From: Anthoceros angustus
Taxonomy: Eukaryota > Plantae > Anthocerotophyta
Length of the DNA: 64,000 nucleotides
Assembly (NCBI GenBank): GCA_010909165.1
Contig: MU008196.1
Coordinates: 1 to 64,000 of the forward strand
Direction of reading: 5' to 3'
Each line of letters begins with the position of its first letter. The first letter of the stretch is position 1. The position numbers and the translations under genes were made by a program. Below the pieces are notes generated by a model. That model ran no database searches. It worked only from the letters and a program-made list of their open reading frames with translations, and was not told the DNA's origin. Below, piece by piece: positions 11,667-25,150 of the stretch.

Positions 11667-14600
11667 TTATTTTGGGAAATTTACTGTACAATTATACAGA
11701 TTGAAATGTAATTTCACGACCACTTGGCTTGATTGGTACTTGTACAAGATTATCATAATTGGCAACCAATTGATGAAGCGAGGACTTGAAATTGACCATC
11801 TTCCGCAAGGTCACAACCTAAAACAACACAACCATTAATTTTCAATCTAGTAAACTGATTAATAAAAGCATAAAGCTTACCGATCCCGACGGATTTTCGC
11901 AGATAGCAAATATCTCGAGGCACATCCTTCCTCTGTTGTCTTTCCCACGTAATCTCCGAACCTCTTGCTGCTCTTTTCCGCTGCCGCTTTCTTGATGCTT
12001 AATATGCTCTTGTCTCCTCTCGCATTTCTCCGCCTCGAATCTCAAGGGCTTTCTTTGCTTAGAGACTCGTAATTCAACCGCCTCTGCCTCTCTATAAGTG
12101 CCTCCAAATCCTTTTGTCACTGAAACTCCATTTCGCTTCAATTTGTCATTCTCCAATTCCGTTGGAGATCTGGCAAGTCAAAGCCACTTACATTTCCATT
12201 TGCAACACAGGCAATATCCAGGTGCTACCACAGCCACATTTTGTCCCCGGGTTAACTGATGATCGATCACACTCACTCGCACAATGCCCTCCAACAGAGG
12301 GCCATCGCATCCACTTCCCTGTATCAATGTTGAAATGAGGGATGAACTTACACTAGTCGAAGGATTCACCGCCAAGAAGAACACAATCGAAACTCCAAAA
12401 TGAATGAAAACAACAAAAACAACAAAGAATCAACCTTGTCAACATATGGAATTTTAGTAGAACGTTGGTCCGCTAGTCCATCCGGATGCTGCCAACTTTT
12501 CAAGGTGCCTTAAAAACAAGAACCAAGATGATTAAAAAACTAACATGGCACTACAACAAAGCAACTTCACAATACCAACTGAACTTCAAGACCACATGGT
12601 GCGAAAAACTTAGTTCCCAACATTGTTCGTGGGTCCGCTTTCATGATGAATAACAGAGTGGCCAGAGGGGACAAAAACAAGTCGACATGATTTTGACACA
12701 AGTCCCTACATACTTGATACAAATCTCAAACACTTACATTACTAACGTGTTGCACTTGACCGATCTTGTCGACTAAAATACTATTTCGGAGTTACATTCA
12801 ACATTGACGGAAGAACACCCTTAAATCATCCCCGCATCCGATTGAGTTCTTCATTTAAAAGCTCGATAAGATCGCTCACCGTGAACAAGAACTCTTCTGC
12901 TTTGCTTGACCGAACTCCATATCGAAAACATATGAGAACGTTAGAACGCATACAAGACTCAAATGTCACAAGCTTTCACAACATATTACCTTGAAAATAA
13001 AGATCCGTTTTATGGCGGTCCACACTTCTCCCAAAGATCGAGGGCACCGAGCCATCGTCAAACGCGTGTAATCATCGTTACACGGCAGCTCTTATTGGTG
13101 TAGTAGCCAACAAGCCCACCGCTCACCATGGTCTTCATAAATCTTGACAACATTCCTTTTGAAACACGAAGTTTTGCATACCAAGCGAAAAAACAACAAG
13201 CTTAGTAAATAAAACCACAAAACTCAAGCCCAATAAACCAAAAACTTACATTGGATCTTGGGTTATCAATGGTTGAATTGAAGAGAAACCCCGAATTGAC
13301 AAATTCTTGTCATGTGCACCACTTGGGAGAGTGATCAAATGACTTTAAAGGTTTCGACGTCCTTTCAGAGATCTTGACCTTTGACTAAAATGCTCACTCG
13401 GTAGTTCTTCATATCCACTTTGTAATTTTTGAATGCCGCTTCATACCGCAAATGAAGACGAGCTCAATACTGACATCAAAACATCAAACAAACAAGAAAC
13501 AAAAGACTACACCATTGAACAAAAGGTCCTTTGAATCGATGCAAATGAGAAGTCCCTAATGAGGTTATGTAACTCTTCACCACCTCGAACCCCAAACTGG
13601 TCATGCAAAAATATGCACACCGCAAACAATAAGCATAAGGGCTCGTGTTTAAGAGACCATAAATGAACAATCAAAGTGCACCCCAAAACCAACAATATTA
13701 CCTTTTGAGCCCAAATGAGCATTGATGATCTCGTGTGAAAGAATCCGCTCATCATCAAATCAACTTCACCTCTTTTCGACATGACACAATCCCAAGGTCC
13801 TTGCTGATTTTCATGGACGCAACCAACTCACCCATGGAAAATTCCATGAAACATGTTGATCACGGAACATCGAACCAAGCCGGCTTTGGTTGTGATGCAC
13901 TTCCTTGTTAAACCTTAAACCCACGAAAGAAAGACATCACCGCAAGTGAAGATCAAGAATCGTCATGTGAAAGGAAAGTCGAACTATCAAAATCAACAAG
14001 TAAGAAAACATCACTACTTACGCTTCGGAGAAAATCTCTGTTGTCCTTGATTCGAACTTGATGGAAAAAGGGTATCGAATAAGATTTAGATCCTTGTAAG
14101 GAATATCCTCATTAGCAGTATCCCATCCCCTGACCCCACTCACTTTCATAAAGGCCCTGAGACGACTTCGACACCAGTTATTCCGCCGCTTTGACCTATC
14201 CTCCCACCACTCAAAGCATCATTCACAGCTCCCTCGACGACGGTCAAATCCTCGCCTCCGAAAATTTCTTCATCATCAATTTCCTCCATGGTCATCTCAT
14301 CTGGACCAAAGACACTTTAGCCTCTCAAACATATCGAGCACTTCTTGATCGTGATGACCTGTGGTCGTGAACCACAACAGTATGGAAATCGCCCACCAGA
14401 AAGCATCTGCTCAACCACAGACACAAATCTCTAGACTCTAGACAGGCTTTGGCGGTCACAACCATGGGGATCGTTATCAAGAAATCATTCTCCCCACAAC
14501 CGGACCCCTCTCTATAATCGGGACATAGTTAGTAATCTCGCAAGAGGACCTTCAACCAATGCCACAGTCGAGTGTCCACCCTTCTTCTCTGCACAAACTC

Positions 14601-14849
14601 ACCGCACGCCGAGCATCCTTCTTGGATGAGAAGTGCCTTGGCGGTTTAGGAATGCCTTTTTGGAACTAAATATGTTCCTTCACTGTGCACCAAGACACCA
14701 TCAACTTTACCATCATCCCGCAGGATGAGTTGCGGTGGAGGACCCGACTTGACACGCTGTCTAGTGTACGGCTTAGCCATGACTTCGGCCAGGGACCCTT
14801 GCTTCTTTCCCGGTCCAGCAGGCCCAGTGGGTTTCCTTTTGGGTGCCAT
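11667..14849 (-). pseudogene. Multi-exon Crypton/DUF3504-type tyrosine recombinase, copy 2 (frameshifted as assembled)
   Basis: ATG 14849 directly after an acceptor (TTTTCTTTGCAG|ATG). FGVRGGEELHNL (Arg 13585-13587), WYAKLRVSKGMLSRFMKTMVSGGLVGYYTNKSCRVTMITR (~13165-13045), coiled-coil exon ~12150-11880, C-terminal FNLYNCTVNFPK*, TAA at 11667-11669. Confidence 0.85.
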
Positions 14850-17275
14850 CTGCAAAGAAAAGCACCAGTGTGATCAAAACACAAAAAACATTTGAACAAG
14901 TTAATGAACTTGCAAACCAATATGAAAAGACTTACATGGAGGTGAATGCTTTCAAATGAGAACCTGCTGAAGGGTCTAAAAGTTGATTATACCACAATCG
15001 AAAAGAAGGAGGGTGTGGAGATATTGCGAGACATCCTTTGATCTATACATTGTTAGATTTTGCGATCCCTCCATTTTAAGTTAGAGAGAAACTTCCATTT
15101 TAACAAACCCCACATACTTCAAACACTCTTTTCCAACAATATTGATAGATGTTAGCCCGACACAACAGCCTTGATCACCGACATCAAGAAACACAGAATT
15201 TCACACTGTGCAAATAGTTATCCCGAGACACGATGACAAATTAGAATGTTGGAAGAGACCACACGATGACAAATTTCCTACAATGAAACGAGTTAGTGAG
15301 GTTAGATATTAATGTCTCAAGAATAAACGACAAAAGGAAAGGTAAACATCTCTTACTAAAATCAATTCACTAAGAATTTTCCGGCGGGTCCGCAACAAAG
15401 GCCAAAAGAGTTAACAACAAACCAAGATCGAAACAAACATAGCAACAAGAAAGAACCACGATTGGACCCGCAACACCAACCATGACCAAGAGATACAAAC
15501 CACGAAACCCGACATAATGCAACAAACAAGAACAAAAAGTCGACATAAAACACGAAACTAAACATACATCAAATTAGATAAACGAAAGTGACTAACAAAC
15601 GTCACGGACATCAGCACAAAGACAATTACGCGAATAAAAGACGACAAAAGTGATCTACCTTCCAAATGCGGATAAACAAGAAGCACACACATCAAGAAGA
15701 AACGATAACAAGACAAAACCAAACAAAATAAGCGAACAGAACAACAACCGAGACAAATACCTTTAAAATGTTTTGCCCAAAGGCGATGCATGAACAAGCT
15801 CTTCCGCATGAAAATAAGAGCATAAGTACAAGTAATGTAACACAACCAAAGTTAAGACGCAACACTTTGAGAGACAAGCACAAAAAGCTGCGAGATTACA
15901 AATCAAGTAACGCAACGCTGATGCCGTATCAGAGATAAGAACAATGTTTATACTTCACAAAGAAGAACAAATAAGACAATACAGCAAAGATACATCATAA
16001 ACAAGCACGTGAGAAAACGAGATAAACACCAACAAATGACTTATTGAACAAGACATAGTATATATAGAAACAGCAGATGATGAAAACACAAGACACAAGA
16101 ACAAGACATTACACGATCAAGACACGAAAGCCTTGAACGTATAACGACGCACAACGACAAGCGATAAACACATTAACATGTAAGACACACAAAGACAAGC
16201 AGAAGGAGCAACATATTCACAAAGCAAAACAAAGACTCACACAAGACAACGAAGGATGATGAGGTACAAAGCAACAACCAAAAAGAGCAAAATGAGAACA
16301 CGAGCAAAGAAAGACACCAAAAAGCACACAAAACGTCATGACATAAACAAAGAAGGCAAGTGAGAACAAACGATGAACACTTATAGTCAAACGCATGACA
16401 TAAGACACGCCTTAAAACAACGACAACGAAACCCTGTCGAACAAAAACAACAATAAAAGAAAACAAAAGAAGACCTTGGCAACGAAAGCATAAAGCAACA
16501 TAAAAGAACGCGAACAACGCCGAAGCAATGACATGAAGAACAAAAACAGAATCAACGACATGATGCAAACACAACAAGACGCGAAAGAAACGCTAAGACA
16601 TCTAAAACAAGCTACACAACTAGAACGCGAGCAGGCACAAAAGTGAGAAACCAACCGCGACAAAAGCACAAGAAACAACAAAAACAAACAACGAAAAAAA
16701 ACACAGAGAAAGAAGGGAAGAGGAAACACAGAGGGAATGACGCCAAGGTCACAAGCCCAAAACCCTTGGCCTCGACAAAAACAACAATGAAAGAAACCAA
16801 TAACAAAGAAGACCTTGAGAAAGCATAAAGCGTAAACATAAAAGGAAACCACTAAGGAACAACGAAACCAGAGCTCCTCGGCCGAAAGCACATCAAAATA
16901 CCTTGAAACGGACTGACCAACTACAGAGACCGCAAGCTAACAAGACGAAAATCACCACATGATGCAAACACCACAAGACGGGCGAAAAGAAACGCTAAGG
17001 CACCAAAAAGGGAGCTAGGAGCGGGGACCTTAGAAGCGCCTTGACGCAAGGCACCTTGGCCTGGGACCGCAACAAGTGAGAAACCAACTTGGCCCTCGGA
17101 CAAAAGCGATCAATGAAACTTGAAATGAAACAACCTTGGAAATCGGACAAACGGTGCGAGGGACATAGAGAAAAGAGGGAGTAGAGAAGGGAGACGCAGA
17201 GAGAGCGAGAGAAACACCTGGAAGGTCCCAAGCCCCAAAAGCACCAGCAAAAGACCAAAAAGGTCCGTGAACCCG

Positions 17276-17556
17276 CTTATATAGGCCCCAAAACCCTAAC
17301 CCTTCTCTCCGTCCCGCCACTCTCTCTCTAACCAAATTTGAAAATACCAAACCTACTCTACCGAGCCGGACAAACCAACCTAGGTCGCCATTCGTCGCCG
17401 CCTCCTCAACCAACCTAGTCACCTTGTTCCAAACCTAGCCATGCAACACCTAACCTAATTTCCGAACCTCTTCGAGGTGGCGAAACGAACTCCAATGAAC
17501 ACCGCCACGCACACGGCTCTTCAAGCATCCGAACCCTAATTCAAGTCTATTTAAGG
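17276..17556. promoter_or_regulatory. Candidate bidirectional promoter (duplicated at ~21546-21826)
   Basis: Minus-strand CCTATATAAG (17276-17285) with telobox (17291-17299) and plus-strand CTATTTAAGG (17547-17556). T-rich leaders run outward on opposite strands. Confidence 0.45.
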
Positions 17557-19034
17557 AGCACTACTACTTTCATCGCCCACCACGCCTGCTAGGGTCGCCC
17601 CTTCTACGCCCCGCTAGCACGCCGCCAGTGTGTCACTCGCCCCACAGCCTCGCTAGTTCTCTTACGCTAGTTCCATCCTCCGCCAGCCGGTTCCGCTCCT
17701 ACCACGCCCTACCGCCCACCACGCCGACAGGCTGCCTCCTTCTCCACGCCCCTTGCTCACCTCGCAGAAGGTGCCTTCACCTATGAACGCCCTCGCCCAC
17801 CACGCCAACAGCCGCTCTTTTCTCAGTAGTGAATAGCGAGTCTGCCTTCCGCTCAGAGCCCGAACGCCTCGGATCAACACTCCGACTGCTTGGCTTCCTC
17901 CGCCTTTGGTTCCAGCGACGTATAAGCAATACCTCATCATCGCCTCGAGGTGAAGAGCACGTGAAGACGCATTGGCAACAAAGGTGAATTACCGCCCGGT
18001 TTTGTTTTGCCTTTGAAATTGTTTGTCGTGCTTTGTGCCTATGCTCATGCTTTGATCTACCGAGGGATACCACACAACGCCAAGGTTCCAACAGCGTAAG
18101 AGTTGGACTCGCAAGAACGAGTGCACATTTTCCCGCCGACGGCTTCGTTTCACTCACCGTCCCGCTTAAGCTCGCGCCAAGGAGACAAAAGAGGTCTCTT
18201 GGTCCTCCGGTACGACGACAAACACTCTTACGTCGGTCGCGCCTTTTTATTCTTTTGCCGCTAACACCCGGCTGCCTCGCGCACTTGCCTCCGCCTTTGC
18301 TTGTGAATAGCTTATCGCTAGTTTGCTTGCAAAAGCCTTTCTTACCTTGAATGTCGCAGAAAACCGAGACTCCTCTACGCCTTCGAGTCCAACACGCAAG
18401 AAGACATCGAACGGTAACAAGCCTCTGTAGCGAACTTATCTTTCGCTTTCGCTTTCAAAGTCGCTACATCGACCAAGAAACGCTAGCAAGTCGATAGTTC
18501 TCTCGACCGCTTGACGCTTTCTCGCTTAACTGCCTCTTTATTCTCGCTTAATCTCGGTTAATCATCCGGACGTAACCTGCTCAAGAGTGACTCAAGACGC
18601 CACGCGCAGCCACTGCATGCAAGAGCTACTAACGCCGTCTCAACCTATAGAGGTCATGCTCGATGCCTTTTCCTTAGGCATACAATTGTCTTAAACCTCG
18701 TGTTCAAAATGTAGCTAGAGTCGATTGGTCATTCAGCAATGTTTGAGTCAACATCGCTCGTGACAACAACTTGTCGAGTCAACTTTGCGGGTATTTATAG
18801 GCATGCCAACATGCGCAAGCGTGGCATGCATCGCGCAGCATTTCTTGATATTGGATCACCCGACGAAGTTCAAAAGTCCGTAATCATATTTTATTTCTAA
18901 CCGTGTTTTTCCTAACTATTCGAAGTCGAAATTGCATGTCCGTATCTTAACGGAGACGCATGCCAGCTTGAGCGTAAGTCATATCCGTTTTGTGTTGCCG
19001 TAGTATATTTTATCAGCTGAAAGTACGCGGCATG

Positions 19035-19124
19035 ACACTGCCTAGTGTACGGCTTAGCCATGACTTCGGCCAGGACCCTTGCTTCTTTCCGGTCCAGGCC
19101 CATGGGTTTCCTTTTGGGTGCCAT
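19035..19124 (-). pseudogene. 5' stub of the recombinase gene created by the tandem duplication
   Basis: MAPKRKP start at 19124, truncated at the duplication junction ~19034. Confidence 0.8.
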
Positions 19125-22100
19125 CTCGCAAAGAAAAGCACGTGTGATCAAAACACAAAAACATTTGAACAAGTTAATGAACTTGCAAACCAATATGAAA
19201 AGACTTACATGGAGGTGAATGCTTTCAAATGAGAACTCTGAAGGGTCTAAAAGTTGATTATACCACAATCGAAAAGAAGGAGGGTGTGGAGATATTGCGA
19301 GACATCCTTTGATCTATACATTGTTAGATTTTGCGATCCCTCCATTTTAAGTTAGAGAGAAACTTCCATTTTAACAAACCCCACATACTTCAAACACTCT
19401 TTTCCAACAATATTGATAGATGTTAGCCCGACACAACAGCCTTGATCACCGACATCAAGAAACACAGAATTTCACACTGTGCAAATAGTTATCCCGAGAC
19501 ACGATGACAAATTAGAATGTTGGAAGAGACCACACGATGACAAATTTCCTACAATGAAACGAGTTAGTGAGGTTAGATATTAATGTCTCAAGAATAAACG
19601 ACAAAGGAAAGGGTAAACATCTCTTACTAAAATCAATTCACTAAGAATTTTCCGGCGGGTCCGCAACAAAGGCCAAAAGAGTTAACAACAAACCAAGATC
19701 GAAACAAACATAGCAACAAGAAAGAACCACGATTGGACCCGCAACACCAACCATGACCAAGAGATACAAACCACGAAACCCGACATAATGCAACAAACAA
19801 GAACAAAAAGTCGACATAAAACACGAAACTAAACATACATCAAATTAGATAAACGAAAGTGACTAACAAACGTCACGGACATCAGCACAAAGACAATTAC
19901 GCGAATAAAAGACGACAAAAGTGATCTACCTTCCAAATGCGGATAAACAAGAAGCACACACATCAAGAAGAAACGATAACAAGACAAAACCAAACAAAAT
20001 AAGCGAACAGAACAACAACCGAGACAAATACCTTTAAAATGTTTTGCCCAAAGGCGATGCATGAACAAGCTCTTCCGCATGAAAAATAAGAGCATAAGTA
20101 CAAGTAATGTAACACAACCAAAGTTAAGACGCAACACTTTGAGAGACAAGCACAAAAAGCTGCGAGATTACAAATCAAGTAACGCAACGCTGATGCCGTA
20201 TCAGAGATAAGAACAATGTTTATACTTCACAAAGAAGAACAAATAAGACAATACAGCAAAGATACATCATAAACAAGCACGTGAGAAAACGAGATAAACA
20301 CCAACAAATGACTTATTGAACAAGACATAGTATATATAGAAACAGCAGATGATGAAAACACAAGACACAAGAACAAGACATTACACGATCAAGACACGAA
20401 AGCCTTGAACGTATAACGACGCACAACGACAAGCGATAAACACATTAACATGTAAGACACACAAAGACAAGCAGAAGGAGCAACATATTCACAAAGCAAA
20501 ACAAAGACTCACACAAGACAACGAAGGATGATGAGGTACAAAGCAACAACCAAAAAGAGCAAAATGAGAACACGAGCAAAGAAAGACACCAAAAAGCACA
20601 CAAAACGTCATGACATAAACAAAGAAGGCAAGTGAGAACAAACGATGAACACTTATAGTCAAACGCATGACATAAGACACGCCTTAAAACAACGACAACG
20701 AAACCCTGTCGAACAAAACAACAATAAAAGAAAACAAAAGAAGACCTTGGCAACGAAAGCATAAAGCAACATAAAAGAACGCGAACAACGCCGAAGCAAT
20801 GACATGAAGAACAAAAACAGAATCAACGACATGATGCAAACACAACAAGACGCGAAAGAAACGCTAAGACATCTAAAACAAGCTACACAACTAGAACGCG
20901 AGCAGGCACAAAAGTGAGAAACCAACCGCGACAAAAGCACAAGAAACAAACAAAACAAACAACGAAAAAAAACACAGAGAAAGAAGGGAAGAGGAAACAC
21001 AGAGGGAATGACGCCAAGGTCACAAGCCCAAAACCCTTGGCCTCGACAAAACAACAATGAAAGAAACCAATAACAAAGAAGACCTTGAGAAAGCATAAAG
21101 CGTAAACATAAAAGGAAACCACTAAGGAACAACGAAACCAGAGCTCCTCGGCCGAAAGCACATCAAAATACCTTGAAACGGACTGACCAACTACAGAGAC
21201 CGCAAGCTAACAAGACGAAAATCACCACATGATGCAAACACCACAAGACGGGCGAAAAGAAACGCTAAGGCACCAAAAAGGGAGCTAGGAGCGGGGACCT
21301 TAGAAGCGCCTTGACGCAAGGCACCTTGGCCTGGGACCGCAACAAGTGAGAAACCAACTTGGCCCTCGGACAAAAGCGATCAATGAAACTTGAAATGAAA
21401 CAACCTTGGAAATCGGACAAACGGTGCGAGGGACATAGAGAAAAGAGGGAGTAGAGAAGGGAGACGCAGAGAGAGCGAGAGAAACACCTGGAAGGTCCCA
21501 AGCCCCAAAAGCACCAGCAAAAGACCAAAAAGGTCCGTGAACCCGCTTATATAGGCCCCAAAACCCTAACCCTTCTCTCCGTCCCGCCACTCTCTCTCTA
21601 ACCAAATTTGAAAATACCAAACCTACTCTACCGAGCCGGACAAACCAACCTAGGTCGCCATTCGTCGCCGCCTCCTCAACCAACCTAGTCACCTTGTTCC
21701 AAACCTAGCCATGCAACACCTAACCTAATTTCCGAACCTCTTCGAGGTGGCGAAACGAACTCCAATGAACACCGCCACGCACACGGCTCTTCAAGCATCC
21801 GAACCCTAATTCAAGTCTATTTAAGGAGCACTACTACTTTCATCGCCCACCACGCCTGCTAGGGTCGCCCCTTCTACGCCCCGCTAGCACGCCGCCAGTG
21901 TGTCACTCGCCCCACAGCCTCGCTAGTTCTCTTACGCTAGTTCCATCCTCCGCCAGCCGGTTCCGCTCCTACCACGCCCTACCGCCCACCACGCCGACAG
22001 GCTGCCTCCTTCTCCACGCCCCTTGCTCACCTCGCAGAAGGTGCCTTCACCTATGAACGCCCTCGCCCACCACGCCAACAGCCGCTCTTTTCTCAGTAGT

Positions 22101-23407
22101 GAATAGCGAGTCTGCCTTCCGCTCAGAGCCCGAACGCCTCGGATCAACACTCCGACTGCTTGGCTTCCTCCGCCTTTGGTTCCAGCGACGTATAAGCAAT
22201 ACCTCATCATCGCCTCGAGGTGAAGAGCACGTGAAGACGCATTGGCAACAAAGGTGAATTACCGCCCGGTTTTGTTTTGCCTTTGAAATTGTTTGTCGTG
22301 CTTTGTGCCTATGCTCATGCTTTGATCTACCGAGGGATACCACACAACGCCAAGGTTCCAACAGCGTAAGAGTTGGACTCGCAAGAACGAGTGCACATTT
22401 TCCCGCCGACGGCTTCGTTTCACTCACCGTCCCGCTTAAGCTCGCGCCAAGGAGACAAAAGAGGTCTCTTGGTCCTCCGGTACGACGACAAACACTCTTA
22501 CGTCGGTCGCGCCTTTTTATTCTTTTGCCGCTAACACCCGGCTGCCTCGCGCACTTGCCTCCGCCTTTGCTTGTGAATAGCTTATCGCTAGTTTGCTTGC
22601 AAAAGCCTTTCTTACCTTGAATGTCGCAGAAAACCGAGACTCCTCTACGCCTTCGAGTCCAACACGCAAGAAGACATCGAACGGTAACAAGCCTCTGTAG
22701 CGAACTTATCTTTCGCTTTCGCTTTCAAAGTCGCTACATCGACCAAGAAACGCTAGCAAGTCGATAGTTCTCTCGACCGCTTGACGCTTTCTCGCTTAAC
22801 TGCCTCTTTATTCTCGCTTAATCTCGGTTAATCATCCGGACGTAACCTGCTCAAGAGTGACTCAAGACGCCACGCGCAGCCACTGCATGCAAGAGCTACT
22901 AACGCCGTCTCAACCTATAGAGGTCATGCTCGATGCCTTTTCCTTAGGCATACAATTGTCTTAAACCTCGTGTTCAAAATGTAGCTAGAGTCGATTGGTC
23001 ATTCAGCAATGTTTGAGTCAACATCGCTCGTGACAACAACTTGTCGAGTCAACTTTGCGGGTATTTATAGGCATGCCAACATGCGCAAGCGTGGCATGCA
23101 TCGCGCAGCATTTCTTGATATTGGATCACCCGACGAAGTTCAAAAGTCCGTAATCATATTTTATTTCTAACCGTGTTTTTCCTAACTATTCGAAGTCGAA
23201 ATTGCATGTCCGTATCTTAACGGAGACGCATGCCAGCTTGAGCGTAAGTCATATCCGTTTTGTGTTGCCGTAGTATATTTTATCAGCTGAAAGTACGCGG
23301 CATGCACAACATGCCGCACTGTGCAACAAAGAACTTACGAAGAGTCGCAAGCACGTGCATTTTAAAAGTTCAAGTTATTCATTGGCCCGACTTGCTTTTA
23401 TTGCGTA

Positions 23408-25150
23408 ATGGCATCCGAGAATGAGAGCAACGATGAAATGGTCGACATCCAAGAAGGTAATGATCATTTCGCCACTACCAAATCCATTTTGGTTGACTCA
23501 TGGCTAAAATGATTTTCCGTAAAGTGACGACAATAGTAAAGACCCAACAAACCTTAACCGGGCGATCAAACAACAATGTTCCCACCCATGGGGATCCGGG
23601 ATATGATGACAGAAGTTCAAATCCTCTCATTGAGATACGAAAGATAGTTGAGAAAGGTAATACATTTCAATTAATCAATTGAATCTCCGTGAACATTTCT
23701 AACTCGATATCTTTGAGAGACCGAGCACACTATGTTCACATCAATGGACAAAAGGACTTGCAGTGCCCGCCAATTGGAAAAAATTAAAAGGTAAAGACTT
23801 GGTTCGCAACTTTCAGACATAACGATATCCGCAACTCACTTTAGTTGTATATGGTTACAGGATATTAAGAAGAATCTCCAACAACAATTAGAGTTGGAAA
23901 CAATGACTGGTCCGGAGGTTTAATGGACAACGATCTCAATTCACGATTTTGGAGGTAAACAACTAACACTTGTATTATATGTATTTGTTTACAGTAATAA
24001 ATACTAATTATTTGTTTACAAAAGTCAAGTGCAGCAAAGGAAATTAAGGAGAAAATTGAAGCAATGGATGATAAAATCAACAACACGCCCATCTTTCATC
24101 GTAATTGCTATTGTATGTTTGTAATTAATAATTAGTATATTTGTAAGTAGTATATAACTTAACATCTTTTTTCAAAGGACAAAAGAGGAAAAAGACGAGT
24201 CAGAAGATAATGCACCAACGTATGGACCATCGAAAGAATTTGCCGATTTTGGAAAATGGATGGATAACTTTCAGTATCCACAAGTCTTCCAAGATTTTAA
24301 AAATAGATATGTTCCCATTTGGGAACATAGCCTCAAAGATCCAGCGCAGCCGATCTGCAATGAAGATGGGTCGACAGCAACCCTAGAGCAGTACATGGAG
24401 ATCCAGAAAAGTAAGTGTTATCGGTTTATATTGTTCTTAGTATAGTTTACTGAATCAGTTTATGTAGTACTAATGAAATTTGTGTTTTGGTAATGTAGAA
24501 ATATCAGCCATTGAAAATAAGGAGCTAAAACCACGACTTGTTGACTCGATGGAAGATCCGAAACTACAAAAACATTCAAAAGGTTAGTTCAGAATAATTT
24601 ATTATGTAAACAAGGAAAATTGATATTCGTATTTTCAAATATGTAAATTCTAACGTTGATACCTCTTGCGTAACGCCCAATCACATTTCCGTAGTGTGGG
24701 AAATCTTCACAGCCATTGCCTCACATTAGTGAGAAAGGTATTTACCGAGCAAGATCTTCTTCGACTTGAAATGGAGGTAAAATATTAACTCCTTTTTGTT
24801 TTGTTTGTAGTTATCAAGAATCAAAAGGAGTTGTTTGCACTATTTGAGGTTAGTATATCATATTTACAGTGGTGAAATTATATATGTAATATTTGACATT
24901 TACCATTGCCGTAAATATTCCCGCTTGACGAAATTTTAAAATGATTAACTTTCTATCCGGACCGTATAATGAACAAAGAAAGAAGTATTATTCAAGACAA
25001 AGCATCCAAATCGCTGTGTACACCCCTTCAACGCCAGAAGAAAGTTAGAAAGAGAAATGCCAAAACCTGAAAAGACAAACGAAAGCGTAGTGAAAGTGAA
25101 AACTCGCGGTAAAACTCAAGTGCGAAGGTGAAAACTCGAAGAGAGAGAAA
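23408..25150 (+). pseudogene. Intron-rich gene of unknown function (ORF2 of the candidate element)
   Basis: ATG 23408 MASENESNDEMVDIQE|gtaatg. Short exons are separated by AT-rich ~70-110 bp GT-AG introns, e.g. GQKEEKDESEDNAPTYGPSKEFADFGKWMDNFQYPQVFQDFKNRYVPIWEHSLKDP...MEIQK|gtaagt and HCLTLVRKVFTEQDLLRLEME|gtaaaa. The 3' end is uncertain. Confidence 0.6.

Larger units (their letters stand above)
14755..23303. repeat. Near-identical tandem duplication, unit ~4270 bp (14755-19034 and 19035-23303)
   Basis: ORF-track pairs are offset by 4270-4271 bp (15362/19633, 16921/21191, 18033/22303). The differences I inspected are homopolymer-length indels. Confidence 0.95.

Noticed and set aside
23516-23525. 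TCCGTAAAGT matching the left junction of copy 2, as a possible right-end direct repeat
   Set aside because: It coincides with a splice acceptor inside ORF2, and no Gypsy flank follows. Treated as chance.
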